Program-made: the position numbers and the translations under genes
From: Dehalococcoidia bacterium
GTDB taxonomy: Bacteria; Chloroflexota; Dehalococcoidia; Lucifugimonadales; CBDCYU01
NCBI GenBank assembly: GCA_965224345.1
Contig: CBDCYU010000003.1
Coordinates: 1,865,748-1,929,747 of the forward strand
DNA length: 64,000 bases
Reading direction: 5' to 3'
In this document: piece after piece, positions 11,085 through 20,248 of the stretch
Layout of the letters: each line of letters begins with the position of its first letter
Position numbering within the stretch: position 1 is the first letter of the stretch
The notes under the pieces: generated by a model
The model's database searches: none
The model's input: the letters and a program-made list of their open reading frames with translations, nothing else
What the model was told of the DNA's origin: nothing

Positions 11085-11699
11085 ATGCTCAACAAGCTGT
11101 GGAAGCGGACGACCATCAGGCAGGACCAGGAGGGCCTCGACGTTCCTCCGGGCCAGTTCGTCACCGAGAAGTTTCCGGTGCTCACCTTCGGTGGGACTCC
11201 GCGGATTGATACGGCTTCGTGGCAGTTGAAAGTCTTCGGGCTGGTGGACCGCGAGGTCACCCTCGACTGGGACGGGTTGAAGGGCCTGGAGATGCGCGTC
11301 GTGGAGGCTCCGTTTCACTGTGTCACCCAATGGAGCCGCCTTCAGAATACCTGGGAGGGCGTGCCCTTTTCGGCGTTGATGGAGCTTGCCAAGCCGGAGC
11401 CGGAGGCCCTGTACGTCATGGCCCACTGCTACGGCGGTTACAGCACGAACGTCCCCCTGAACGTGCTGATGGATGAGGACGTGATTCTCGCCTACCGGCA
11501 CGACGGTCAGCCGCTGGCGCCCGAGCACGGCGGCCCCGTGCGCCTGGTGGTCCCAAAGCGCTACGGCTGGAAGAGCGCCAAGTGGATGAACGGTGTCGAG
11601 CTCATGGACGCCGATTCGCCGGGGTTCTGGGAGGCACGAGGCTACCACATGAACGGAGACCCGGTCAGGGAAGAGCGGTTTTGGGACACCCTCCGATAG
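11085..11699 (+). CDS. Sulfite oxidase-like molybdopterin oxidoreductase (small, about 200 aa)
   Basis: FHCVTQWSRL (Moco cysteine context), GGPVRLVVPKRYGWKSAKW, GFWEARGYH. GAGGTG RBS upstream. Confidence 0.85.
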   Translation: MLNKLWKRTTIRQDQEGLDVPPGQFVTEKFPVLTFGGTPRIDTASWQLKVFGLVDREVTLDWDGLKGLEMRVVEAPFHCVTQWSRLQNTWEGVPFSALMELAKPEPEALYVMAHCYGGYSTNVPLNVLMDEDVILAYRHDGQPLAPEHGGPVRLVVPKRYGWKSAKWMNGVELMDADSPGFWEARGYHMNGDPVREERFWDTLR

Positions 11700-11791
11700 A
11701 GGACCGCTCTCCCCGGCCGGGTCCGAGCCGAGGCGCCGATAGCGTAGGGCACCGGGAGGATCGGCGGGCTGCGAGGCCGCTGCGGCAGCAA

Positions 11792-11956
11792 TCAGGCCAC
11801 CTTCTTCTTTTCGGTCAGGGGCACGGAGAGAAGGGGGCTGGGCTCCGGTATGTCCAGCATGTACCCACACTGGAGACAGCCCACGTACTTTCCGTACATA
11901 TCCCGCCTGGTGTTGAGGTCTCCCCTGCACCGGGGGCATGCCTTGAGCTCTAGCAT
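11792..11956 (-). CDS. Small zinc-ribbon protein (54 aa)
   Basis: MLELKACPRCRGDL...CLQCGY (CxxC...CxxC). GGAGGTG lies 6 nt upstream of ATG 11956. The track ORF's upstream extension runs into the IS element. Confidence 0.5.
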   Translation of the reverse strand: MLELKACPRCRGDLNTRRDMYGKYVGCLQCGYMLDIPEPSPLLSVPLTEKKKVA

Positions 11957-12093
11957 CTTGCTCACCTCCTCGAGCGCTGTATCTCGGACTTGCATCGTAT
12001 GACGGCCTGCGTCTCCCACAAGGAGTGGCTGCAGGATGTCACAAACTCTAAGAGGGTGTTTGCAAAGTCTTGAACTTGTACTAAACTTGATGA

Positions 12094-12501
12094 ATGAGCC
12101 GCAAATCGTACCCCAGCGACCTGACGGACGAACAGTGGGAGATCCTCGGCCCCCTACTCCCACCAGCCAAGCCCGGAGGCCGGCCCCGTACAGTGGACCT
12201 GCGGGAGGTAGTGAACGGCATCCTGTATTTGCTTCGGAGCGGATGCCCCTGGCGGATGGTCCCGCACGATCTGCCTCCCTGGCAGACCCTGTACAAATAC
12301 TTCCGCAGTTGGACCATAGATGGAACGTGGGAACGAGTCAATGAGACGCTACGCCCCTGCGTCCGAGAGGCCGAAGGTAGAAATCCTACTCCCAGCGCAG
12401 CGATCATAGATAGCCAGAGCGTGAAGACGACTGAAAAAGGGGGCCTCGTGGCTATGATGCTGGTAAGAAGATCAACGGTCGAAAGCGACACGTCATCGTA
12501 G
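12094..12501 (+). CDS. IS5/IS427-group transposase OrfA
   Basis: [53 protein letters not shown], the typical DUF4096-like N-terminal transposase domain. Confidence 0.85.
   Translation: MSRKSYPSDLTDEQWEILGPLLPPAKPGGRPRTVDLREVVNGILYLLRSGCPWRMVPHDLPPWQTLYKYFRSWTIDGTWERVNETLRPCVREAEGRNPTPSAAIIDSQSVKTTEKGGLVAMMLVRRSTVESDTSS
12433..12440 (+). promoter_or_regulatory. Candidate programmed -1 ribosomal frameshift site (GAAAAAGG; A AAA AG slippery run)
   Basis: Frame 0 reads ACT GAA AAA GGG. Slipping back one base gives AAA AGG GGG CCT CGT GGC TAT GAT (KRGPRGYD), which restores the conserved transposase sequence. Confidence 0.65.
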
Positions 12502-12878
12502 ATACCATGGGCTTGCTGTTGGCGGTGGTGGTGCATCCTGCCAATATCCAAGACCGAGATGGGGCGAGGCTGGTCATCGATAAATTGATAGGACGATTCC
12601 CACGCCTGCGACTCATCTGGGCTGACGCTGGCTACAGCGGCCAGTTGGTGGACTGGGTGATGTCCATGTCGGGCTGGGTCTTGGAGATCGTCAAGCGTCC
12701 CAGGGCCAGCCATCAGTTTGAGGTGCTGCCACGCAGGTGGGTGGTTGAGCGAACACTGGCGTGGCTGGGACGTTGTCGCCGGTTGAGCAAGGACTATGAA
12801 GCCTTGACCGGTACAACGGAAGCGTGGCTGCATATAGCTGCGATTCATCTCATGCTCCGACGCTTAGCTCCGTCATGA
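12435..12878 (+). CDS. IS5/IS427-group transposase OrfB frame (DDE domain), presumably expressed as an OrfAB fusion by -1 frameshifting
   Basis: The -1 frame reads ...[44 protein letters not shown]...IWADAGYSG...[22 protein letters not shown], the conserved DDE blocks. The track lists only 12507-12878. Confidence 0.8.
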   Translation, partial: KRGPRGYDAGKKINGRKRHVIVDTMGLLLAVVVHPANIQDRDGARLVIDKLIGRFPRLRLIWADAGYSGQLVDWVMSMSGWVLEIVKRPRASHQFEVLPRRWVVERTLAWLGRCRRLSKDYEALTGTTEAWLHIAAIHLMLRRLAPS

Positions 12879-12920
12879 TGTACTTCGAAAACACCCTCTA
12901 AGGTATTTGTATAATACCGA

Positions 12921-12949
12921 TTGACACGTTCTATATCAAGTCATATAAT
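12921..12949 (+). promoter_or_regulatory. Consensus sigma-70-type promoter upstream of hspR-grpE-dnaK, overlapped by a HAIR-like inverted repeat
   Basis: TTGACA (12921-12926), 17-nt spacer, TATAAT (12944-12949). ATTGACA-N7-TATCAAG (12920-12940) keeps the TTGA-N11-TCAA core of the HspR operator CTTGAGT-N7-ACTCAAG. Confidence 0.5.
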
Positions 12950-13105
12950 GACGCTGACCCTGTTACTCTCCTGCGAATCGACCATGTTGCCGTCTCACAT
13001 ACTAAAACGAATTGGCGCGGCGGAGGTTAGCCGTGATTGCTGCGAAAGTAGTCTCGACGGGCGGCTTCCCAAGCCGCTCCCGTACATAGCCGCCGGGAGG
13101 CGCGA

Positions 13106-13495
13106 GTGATTCCGCGGGAGCTCCGGACCGCCGTCACGCGGCGCCGGAGGCAAGAGGAGCTTCAGGGCGTCTACATCATCAGCGTCGCGTCCCGGATGTT
13201 GGACATGCACCCCCAGACCCTCCGCAAGTACGAGCGGATAGGGCTCGTCACCCCATCGAGGACCCACGGCATGCTGCGGCTCTACTCGGCGGAGGACATC
13301 GCCCGGCTGAGGCTGATCAAGCACCTCGTCGGCGAGCTGAGGCTCAACCTGGCCGGAGTCCAGCTGGCGCTGGGGCTCTTCAATCGTCTGATGACGATGA
13401 GGGCCCAGGTAAGAGTGCGGGAGGGGAAGGCTCTGAAGAGCTACCTTGACGAGAGCATCGACGAGATGCTGGAGATTCTCCACGCCCGGCTGTGA
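13106..13495 (+). CDS. hspR: MerR-family heat-shock repressor HspR
   Basis: YIISVASRMLDMHPQTLRKYERIGLVTPSRTHGMLRLYSAEDIARLRLIKHL. GGAGG 6 nt upstream of GTG 13106. Lies directly upstream of grpE-dnaK. Confidence 0.85.
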   Translation: MIPRELRTAVTRRRRQEELQGVYIISVASRMLDMHPQTLRKYERIGLVTPSRTHGMLRLYSAEDIARLRLIKHLVGELRLNLAGVQLALGLFNRLMTMRAQVRVREGKALKSYLDESIDEMLEILHARL

Positions 13496-13526
13496 TGGAG
13501 GGTCAAAACGGCGGAGGCCTTGCGGT

Positions 13527-14135
13527 ATGTCCGAGCAGAGACAGCAGGAAGAGTCTGAGATGGTGGAGAACTCCGAGGAGGAGTGCGAGCTCCAGGAGGA
13601 GCAGGCGGCTGCGTCGGATGGAGACGAGACCGCGGGGGTCCGCGAGGAGCTGGAAGAGGCGCTGAGGGAAAAGGGCCAGTTTCGCACCATGGCCCTGAGG
13701 GCCCAGGCCGACCTCACCAACTTCAAGCGCCGCGCGTCGGAGGAGCAGCAGGAGGTGAGGCGCACCGCCAACACAGGGCTGCTCTTGAAGGTCCTGTCGG
13801 TCATGGACGACCTGGAAAGGGCGCTGGCCCTCGTCCCGGAGGATGCCGTCGCCGAGGGTTGGCTCGACGGGCTGAAGCTGATAAAGCGCAACGTCGAGCA
13901 TCTGCTGGACTCGGAGGGCGTCAGGAGGATCGACGCGGACGGCAAGCCCTTCGCCCCGTGGGAGCACGAGGCCGTCACCTATGAGGAGGCGGCGGACTGC
14001 GACGCGGATACGGTGGTGCGGATAGTCAGAGAGGGGTATACACTGCAGAACCGGGTCCTTCGAGCGGCCCAGGTGGTCGTATCGAAGGCGCCGGTACCGG
14101 ATAGCGGACCGGAAATAGACGATCAGGAGGCGTAA
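13527..14135 (+). CDS. grpE: Nucleotide exchange factor GrpE
   Basis: Acidic N-terminus, then [63 protein letters not shown] 13527 has GGAGG 9 nt upstream. Confidence 0.92.
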   Translation: MSEQRQQEESEMVENSEEECELQEEQAAASDGDETAGVREELEEALREKGQFRTMALRAQADLTNFKRRASEEQQEVRRTANTGLLLKVLSVMDDLERALALVPEDAVAEGWLDGLKLIKRNVEHLLDSEGVRRIDADGKPFAPWEHEAVTYEEAADCDADTVVRIVREGYTLQNRVLRAAQVVVSKAPVPDSGPEIDDQEA

Positions 14136-14137
14136 CG

Positions 14138-16072
14138 ATGCCCAAAGTCCTAGGAATAGATCTGGGCACGACCAACTCGTGCATGGCGGTCATCGAGGCC
14201 GGGGAGCCTCGAGTCGTGGAGAACTCCGAGGGCGCTCGGACGACACCTTCGGTGGTAGCCACCAACCCCAGAACGGGGGAGCGCTACGTAGGCACCACCG
14301 CGAAGCGGCAGGCGGTGACCAACCCGGAGAACACGGTCAACTCGGTGAAGCGCTTCATGGGCCGCCGCTTTACGGACGAGACCATTCAGAGAGACGTCGA
14401 TCTAGTGCCGTTCAAGGTGACCCAGCACACCAACGGCGACGCCTACGTCGTCATGCAGGACAAGCCCTTCGCGCCGCCGGAGATTTCAGCCATGGTGCTC
14501 CAGAAGCTGAAGCAGGACGCCGAGGCCAAGCTGGGGGAGCCGGTCAACCAGGCCGTCATCACGGTCCCCGCATACTTCAACGACAGCCAGCGCAACGCCA
14601 CCAAGGACGCGGGGCGCATAGCCGGGCTCGAGGTGCTCCGGATCATCAACGAGCCCACGGCGGCCTCCCTGGCGTATGGGCTGGACACCAAGACGGAGGA
14701 GGCCATCGCGGTCTTCGACCTGGGCGGCGGCACTTTCGACATCACCATACTGCAGCTTGGCGACGGTGTGTTCGAGGTCAAGGCGACGAACGGAGACACC
14801 CACCTGGGAGGCGACGACTTCGACCAGCGCGTCATGGACTGGATATGCGACGAGTACCGGCGGGAGCAGGGGATCGATCTGAAGCAGGACAGCATGGCGC
14901 TGCAGCGTCTGCGCGAGGCGGCCGAGCGGGCCAAGGTGGAGCTCTCGACCCTCATGCAGACGGAGATCAACCTGCCCTTCATCACAGCCGACACCTCGGG
15001 CCCCAAGCACCTGGTCATGACCCTCACCCGCTCCAAGCTGGAGCAGCTGATCGGCGATCTTATACAGAAGACCGTCGCTCCCTGTAAACAGGCTATGGAG
15101 GACGCCGGGTTCGCGTCGGTGGACGAGGTGATCCTCGTAGGAGGAATGACGCGAATGCCCGCGGTCCAACAGGCGGTTACCGACCTGTTCGGCAAGGAGG
15201 CCCACCAGGGCGTGAACCCCGACGAGGTTGTGGCCGTCGGCGCGGCCATACAGGCGGGCGTCCTGCAGGGCGACGTGCAGGACATACTGCTGCTGGACGT
15301 GACCCCGCTGACTCTCGGTATCGAGACTCTGGGACGCGTCTCCACGAGCCTCATCTCCAGGAATACCACGATCCCGACCTCCAAGAGCGAGACCTTCACC
15401 ACTGCCGCGGACGGTCAGACCAGCGTGGAGGTCCACGTGCTCCAGGGGGAGCGCACCATGGCTGCCGAGAACAAGTCCATCGGGCGGTTCATCCTCGAAG
15501 GGGTCCTGCCGGCGCCCCGGGGGGTGCCGCAGGTCGAGGTAACCTTCGACATCGACGCCAACGGCATCCTGAACGTGTCCGCCAAGGACAAGGGGACCGG
15601 CAAAGAGCAGCGCATCACCATCACGGCCAGCTCCGGCCTGGCGCAGGAGGAGATCGACCAGATGGTCAAGGACGCCGAGGAGCACGCGGAGGAGGACCGG
15701 CACCGTCGTGAGGAGGTGGAGACCCGCAACATGGCGGAGACCGCCGCCTACAGCGCGGAGAAGCTGCTGGCCGACAACGCCGAGAAGGTGAACGAAGAGC
15801 TCAAGGCGGAGATCGAGGGCAAGGTCGCCGCCCTACGGACCGCGCTCCAGGGCGACGACGTGAACCAAGTGAACACGGCGCTCCAGGAGCTCCAGACATC
15901 GATACAGCGGGTCGGCCAGGAGATATACAGCCAGGCCGGGGGAGCGCCGCCCGGCGGCGGCCCCAGCCAGGGAGACCCCTCTTCCGAGGCGGGCGGCGAG
16001 CCCCCGCACGGTACCGTCGAAGGGGAGTTCCGCGAGGTGGACGGCGAAGAGCCCCCCAAGGCGTCGTCGTGA
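14138..16072 (+). CDS. dnaK: Molecular chaperone DnaK (Hsp70)
   Basis: [28 protein letters not shown], full-length Hsp70 architecture. Confidence 0.98.
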   Translation: MPKVLGIDLGTTNSCMAVIEAGEPRVVENSEGARTTPSVVATNPRTGERYVGTTAKRQAVTNPENTVNSVKRFMGRRFTDETIQRDVDLVPFKVTQHTNGDAYVVMQDKPFAPPEISAMVLQKLKQDAEAKLGEPVNQAVITVPAYFNDSQRNATKDAGRIAGLEVLRIINEPTAASLAYGLDTKTEEAIAVFDLGGGTFDITILQLGDGVFEVKATNGDTHLGGDDFDQRVMDWICDEYRREQGIDLKQDSMALQRLREAAERAKVELSTLMQTEINLPFITADTSGPKHLVMTLTRSKLEQLIGDLIQKTVAPCKQAMEDAGFASVDEVILVGGMTRMPAVQQAVTDLFGKEAHQGVNPDEVVAVGAAIQAGVLQGDVQDILLLDVTPLTLGIETLGRVSTSLISRNTTIPTSKSETFTTAADGQTSVEVHVLQGERTMAAENKSIGRFILEGVLPAPRGVPQVEVTFDIDANGILNVSAKDKGTGKEQRITITASSGLAQEEIDQMVKDAEEHAEEDRHRREEVETRNMAETAAYSAEKLLADNAEKVNEELKAEIEGKVAALRTALQGDDVNQVNTALQELQTSIQRVGQEIYSQAGGAPPGGGPSQGDPSSEAGGEPPHGTVEGEFREVDGEEPPKASS

Positions 16073-16094
16073 AGCCCATAGCGCGTTTGCAGCG

Positions 16095-17027
16095 GTGCAT
16101 CCGATGGACCTGATCTGGGGACAGCCCGTAGCCTCCACCGACGCGTGGGCTGGCACCGTGGCCGGAGCCGTCCTGGCCGTCGACCGCCGTGCCGTCACGC
16201 GCCTCGTAGTGAAGCGGGGCCTCGCCTTCCCCAGGCGGTACGCCGTTCCCATGGCACACCTGCGGCGTTGGGACCTGGATGGCCTGTACCTGGACATCGA
16301 TACGACGACCCTTTTCGGATTCCGCTCAGGCCGGGAGCCGGAAGCGCCGTCCGTGGCCGTAGCCTCCGGTACGCGTGTCGCCGCCTCGGACGGTGCCGTC
16401 CTTCACGTCAGGGGACTGCGGGTGCGGGGCGACGAGGGCTCGGTAAGCCACCTGGTCGTCAGCCGGTCTCGGCGGACGGGGCGCCGGTTCCTGGCGCCCG
16501 AGGCTATGGTCGTGGAGCTGAGCGCGGCCGGGATAAGGCTGGCGGTCGACGCGGCGGAGCTGGAGGGTCTTCCCACGCACAGGGCCGACGACGCCGTCCA
16601 GGAGGAGCTGTGGGAGACGCTGTACGACTCCCAGGCCGTCCCTCCGGTGGACCTGGGCGGCATGAGGCTGGAGGTATCGGAAGGGGTCGTGAGGCTGGAG
16701 GGCAACGCCAGAAGCGCGACGGCCATCTCCGATGCGGAGCGGATCGTCCGATCCGTGGGCGGTGTCGCGGGCGTGGACAACCGGCTGGTCAGCGACTGGG
16801 AGATCGAGCTCGCCGCAGCGTCCGGCATCGCCGACGTGGCGCCGGAGCTGGCGGGCAGCGTCTCGGCGCACACGCAGCTGGGGACCGTACAGATGGAGGG
16901 GTGGGTCCCTTCGGATGACGCGAGGCGGGCGGTCGTCGAGGCCGTGGCCTCCGTGGCCGGCGTCCTCAGCGTGGAGGACGCCCTAAGCGTGCGCCCTCCC
17001 CCTGACGAGGAGCCGGCCAGCGGCTAA
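16095..17027 (+). CDS. PRC-barrel-like / BON domain protein
   Basis: Two C-terminal BON-like units (VVRLEGNARSATAISDAERIVRSVGGVAGVDNRL and VQMEGWVPSDDARRAVVEAVASVAGVLSVEDAL). The N-terminal halves resemble PRC barrels. Starts 22 nt after dnaK. Confidence 0.7.
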   Translation: MHPMDLIWGQPVASTDAWAGTVAGAVLAVDRRAVTRLVVKRGLAFPRRYAVPMAHLRRWDLDGLYLDIDTTTLFGFRSGREPEAPSVAVASGTRVAASDGAVLHVRGLRVRGDEGSVSHLVVSRSRRTGRRFLAPEAMVVELSAAGIRLAVDAAELEGLPTHRADDAVQEELWETLYDSQAVPPVDLGGMRLEVSEGVVRLEGNARSATAISDAERIVRSVGGVAGVDNRLVSDWEIELAAASGIADVAPELAGSVSAHTQLGTVQMEGWVPSDDARRAVVEAVASVAGVLSVEDALSVRPPPDEEPASG

Positions 17028-17033
17028 AGCCCG

Positions 17034-18020
17034 CTAGATCACGTGGTAGAGGAGCAGGTGCTCCCGCAGCACGTCCGAGGCGAAGTCGTTCTCGACGTCC
17101 CGCCAGACCGAGTGGATGTGGTTCGCGCCGTTCTGCCTGTTATCGAACTCCACCAGGAAGTCCCCGCCGTGGATGCGGTAGTAGTGGGCGTCGCTGCCGT
17201 CGATGGGACCGGCCCACGCCAGGTGCAGCCCGTCGTAGCCCTCCTCGCCCAGGGCTCGTAGCCTCTCCTCGGATAGGTCGCTCCGCACCTGGTTGACGTA
17301 TTCGGCCACCAGGCCCACCAGCAGCTCCTTCTGCGTCCCCGTCATTCGCGCTGCGGCGAGTCCCTCCTCCTTGGGCAGGGACACCTTGGAGCTATTGTAG
17401 GTGAGGATGTCGTAGGGCGCCTCGTCGTAGATGGTCGCCTTGGAGCGCTGGCCCGCGTCCAGGCTCTCCATCAGCTCGAAGGCCATGTCCTCCCGGTCGC
17501 CGAGCACGCGCTGTCCCTTCTTCGGCCCCTTCCTGACCTCTGCCGGATTGGCGCCGAAGAAGAAGGGCGTGACGGAGACCACCTTGTCGTCCCATATACT
17601 GAAGTGCAGCGAGACGTGATGGCCCTCCGCCCTCCAGCCCCAGGGGTCGCTGCCGGAGGGGTCTCCGAACACCGTGAAGTAGTAGAGGGCCGGGTCTCTT
17701 AGGAAGGTGACCTGTCCCGCCTCCTTCTCCAGCGGGCCCAGAACTGATTCTAGCTCGATGATCTGCTTCGCCTGCTCATACGACCTGTCGGTCAGGCCGG
17801 TGGCCATGAGGGCGTAGGCGTTGTCCCTCTGGTGGGCCTCCATGTCCCTGAGGGCCAGGCCGTGCCGGTTCATGGGGGGGTAGTACCAGAAGACCCGCTC
17901 CCCATCTTCATAGCGATAGGTCGCCGTCTCGGTCTGGGCGGGGTCGAGGCTGTCCAGGAAGCCAGTGGCCGCCTCGGACATCTCTGCCGCCGCGCTCCTC
18001 TTTTCCACGTCTGTAGCCAT
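17034..18020 (-). CDS. DUF3500 domain-containing protein
   Basis: FWYYPPMNRHGLALRDM..., WGWRAEGHHVSLHF, HYYRIHGGDFLVEFDNRQNGANHIHSVWRD match my recollection of DUF3500. Confidence 0.8.
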   Translation of the reverse strand: MATDVEKRSAAAEMSEAATGFLDSLDPAQTETATYRYEDGERVFWYYPPMNRHGLALRDMEAHQRDNAYALMATGLTDRSYEQAKQIIELESVLGPLEKEAGQVTFLRDPALYYFTVFGDPSGSDPWGWRAEGHHVSLHFSIWDDKVVSVTPFFFGANPAEVRKGPKKGQRVLGDREDMAFELMESLDAGQRSKATIYDEAPYDILTYNSSKVSLPKEEGLAAARMTGTQKELLVGLVAEYVNQVRSDLSEERLRALGEEGYDGLHLAWAGPIDGSDAHYYRIHGGDFLVEFDNRQNGANHIHSVWRDVENDFASDVLREHLLLYHVI

Positions 18021-18048
18021 CGATCACCTCCCGAGTGACACCACTCTG

Positions 18049-18073
18049 TCCCCTCCCCGACTGCGGAGAGGGC
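18049..18073 (+). repeat. GC-rich REP-like hairpin element (degenerate copy)
   Basis: TCCCCTCCCCGACTGCGGAGAGGG resembles the CCTTCTCCC-N6-GGGAGAGGG elements at 49927, 55480 and 60995. Confidence 0.35.
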
Positions 18074-18089
18074 CTGTACGAGTCCCCGT

Positions 18090-19043
18090 CTATACCGCCT
18101 TCACCAGCTTCTGGAAGCTGCGCACGCCGGCGGCGGGCAGGTTGTTATTGTTTGCGTTGGTCCAGGCCACCTCCCCCACGTAGATGTTGTCCCGGGAGTC
18201 GAGACAGAGGCCGTGGGGAGCCATGAACTGCCCGACGTCCTGGCCGAAGCCGAGATGGCCGACGACGGCGAGGCGCTCTCCCGAGGTGTCCATCACCGTG
18301 ATCCTGGGGCCAATATTCGGATGGTCGCGGTTCACGCTCATACCGTAGCCCAGCTCTCCAATGTAGACGTGCTGCTCGTCAGAGATGTAGAGGGCGCACG
18401 GCCGATGAAGGTTGACCCACTGCGTCTAGTACCTGCCCTGGGAGTCGAACACCTGGACCCTGTGGTTCTCCCGGTCGGCGACGTAGACGTAGCCGTTTCC
18501 GTCCGTGGCTATGTTGTGGACGATGTTGAACTGCCCGGGGTCCGTGCCGGGCTCGCCCCATGAGAACAGCAGCTTGCCGTCGGGCGAGTACTTGTGGACC
18601 CTGGCGTTGCCGTAGCCGTCGGAGACGTAGAGGTCTCCGGTTCGAGGGTCGATAGCCACGTGGGTGCAGCGATTGAAGGGTTGGCCGCCGTAGAGGTCCG
18701 CGGCCTGCCCCGGCGTGCCGATGGTCATGAGCACCTCGCCGTCCAGGGTGCACTGGCGGACCGTGTGGTCGCCGTCGTCGGTGCAGTAGAGGGTCCCGTC
18801 GGGGGCGAACGTTAGCCCGTGGGCCCTGGTGAACACCCCCTCACCCCAGGACTTGATGAAGTTGCCCTCGCTGTCGAAGACGATCATGGGATGCTCGCCG
18901 CGGTTGAAGACGTAGACACGGTCCTGGGAGTCAGTGGCGACCGCGGCGGCGTCGGTCCACGAGTAGCCGGGAGGGAGCTTCTCCCAGTCGACCGCGATCT
19001 CGTATGTAAATCCGCCGGACCCGATCTTGACGGTACTTACCAT
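18090..19043 (-). pseudogene. NHL-repeat protein (peptidylglycine-amidating-lyase-like propeller) interrupted by one in-frame TAG
   Basis: Track ORFs 18426-19043 and 18090-18341 are in the same frame. The gap reads ...VQVFDSQGRY*TQWVNLHRPCALYISDEQHVYIGELGYGMSVNRDH... with a single TAG at 18426-18428 and NHL-blade periodicity continuing across it. Confidence 0.8.
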
Positions 19044-19121
19044 GGCAGCTCGCCTCCTCGCGACGTTGCTCTCTGTGTGACCGCATGGCCTGCCGAGATT
19101 ATAACACCCAGTGCGGGTATC

Positions 19122-19541
19122 ATGGTCGATAGAGGCTGTGACCTTTAGACCCGGGGACCAAGGCGTGCACTTGACATTGGCTGCGGCGCGGGGGGAATCA
19201 TCGTCGCTCTCGCTCGAAGGGGATGGTAAGTGACCGGTATCGACTTAGCGACCAAGGCAATCGAGGCAGCGAGGAAGATTGTTCAGACTAGAGGCATCAA
19301 CGCACAGCTTTTCGTGGCTGATGCGACCATTTGGAGGCCGGACGGCCGCTACGATCTGATAACGAGCACCTTCGCTCTACCGGGAAGCAACCCGGAACGG
19401 GCCTCTGTCTTTCAGATGGTGAGAAAAGCCCTCGCGCCTGGCGGCACCGTGCTCCTGAAAGACTTCGACTCTACCATGAACCGTGTAACATTCTACTCAG
19501 ACGACTTGAAGAGCGATATGCGATTGCCAGCGATGTCATAG
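19122..19541 (+). pseudogene. Class I SAM-dependent methyltransferase remnant with two in-frame stops
   Basis: A single frame reads MVDRGCDL*TRGPRRALDIGCGAGGIIVALARRGW*VTGIDL...DLITSTFAL...LAPGGTVLL, with TAG at 19146-19148 and TAA at 19227-19229. The 3' end overlaps the convergent VOC gene. Confidence 0.6.
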
Positions 19542-20248
19542 AATATGGCAATCGAGCCGAATCCGCCGGGAATCTCTGTGGGGGGCATTAAGGCGCTGCC
19601 GCCCAGGCTTACGGCCTTGTCAAGATAGGCTTGCAGGTCGTTGACCATAACGGCAACGGAAGGATGGTTGGGCGGCATATCCTCTGTGTGCTGGAAGATG
19701 CCGCCGCCAATCCCTCCAGATTCCTGTTGGATAAGGCGGTAGTTGACCTCCTCGTGATGGTGGATTTGCCAGTCGAACATTCCGGTGTAGAACTCGGCGA
19801 GCGCCGCTGCGTCGCTGCCTCCAACCTCGAAGTGCACCACCGGCGGAGCGTTCCCCTTGGGCGGCATCTGTCCGTCCCATTCCGGCGGTAGTGAATACAG
19901 CCCTATAGTGTTGTCGGCGGGGTCCCCGAACATAGCGATGGAGCCCATGCCGGGCGCTATCTCCATCGGTGACATGATGGCGTTCCCACCCATACCGGCC
20001 ACCTTATCCAGCGCCGCTTGAAGGTCGTCAACCTGCACGTAGAAGGTAACGTAGCTGCGCGCCGGCATATCCGCAGTCGTAGGAAACACGCCGCCACCGA
20101 TGCCGCCCTCGTTTGTGTACACCAAACCGTAGTCGCCCATCGCTTCGCTCTGCACGTCAACCTTCCATCCGAACAAGTCGCGATAGAACTGCTGCAACGC
20201 AGGCCCATCCGGGCCGGCAATTTCAAAGTGCACTACTGGGTTTCCCAC
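19493..20248 (-). CDS. Two-domain VOC/glyoxalase family protein
   Basis: Internal duplication of the module VVHFEIxG...FYxxxFxW...GGIGGG(V/I)F...(V/Y)VxVDDLQAxLDKA...GGxxxMxPxEIxxGxGSIAxFxDxxxNxIxL(Y/F). Confidence 0.8.
   Translation of the reverse strand: MGNPVVHFEIAGPDGPALQQFYRDLFGWKVDVQSEAMGDYGLVYTNEGGIGGGVFPTTADMPARSYVTFYVQVDDLQAALDKVAGMGGNAIMSPMEIAPGMGSIAMFGDPADNTIGLYSLPPEWDGQMPPKGNAPPVVHFEVGGSDAAALAEFYTGMFDWQIHHHEEVNYRLIQQESGGIGGGIFQHTEDMPPNHPSVAVMVNDLQAYLDKAVSLGGSALMPPTEIPGGFGSIAIFYDIAGNRISLFKSSE

Larger units (their letters stand above)
12052..12898 (+). mobile_element. IS5-family (IS427-group) insertion sequence, 847 bp, apparently intact
   Basis: Terminal inverted repeats GAGGGTGTTTGCAAAG (12052-12067) and reverse complement GAGGGTGTTTTCGAAG (12883-12898), 14/16 identical. 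Flanking direct TAA at 12049-12051 and 12899-12901. Encodes a two-frame transposase. Confidence 0.85.

Noticed and set aside
12995-13978. 327-aa Ser-rich minus-strand ORF
   Set aside because: It is antisense to hspR and grpE and has low-complexity composition.
18426-18428. In-frame TAG codons as pyrrolysine or genetic-code reassignment
   Set aside because: TAG terminates many conserved genes in this window at their expected ends (clpX, clpP, the Zn-dependent dehydrogenase, the DUF3500 gene, the sulfite-oxidase-like gene). No pyl genes are seen, and one of the interrupting codons is TAA.
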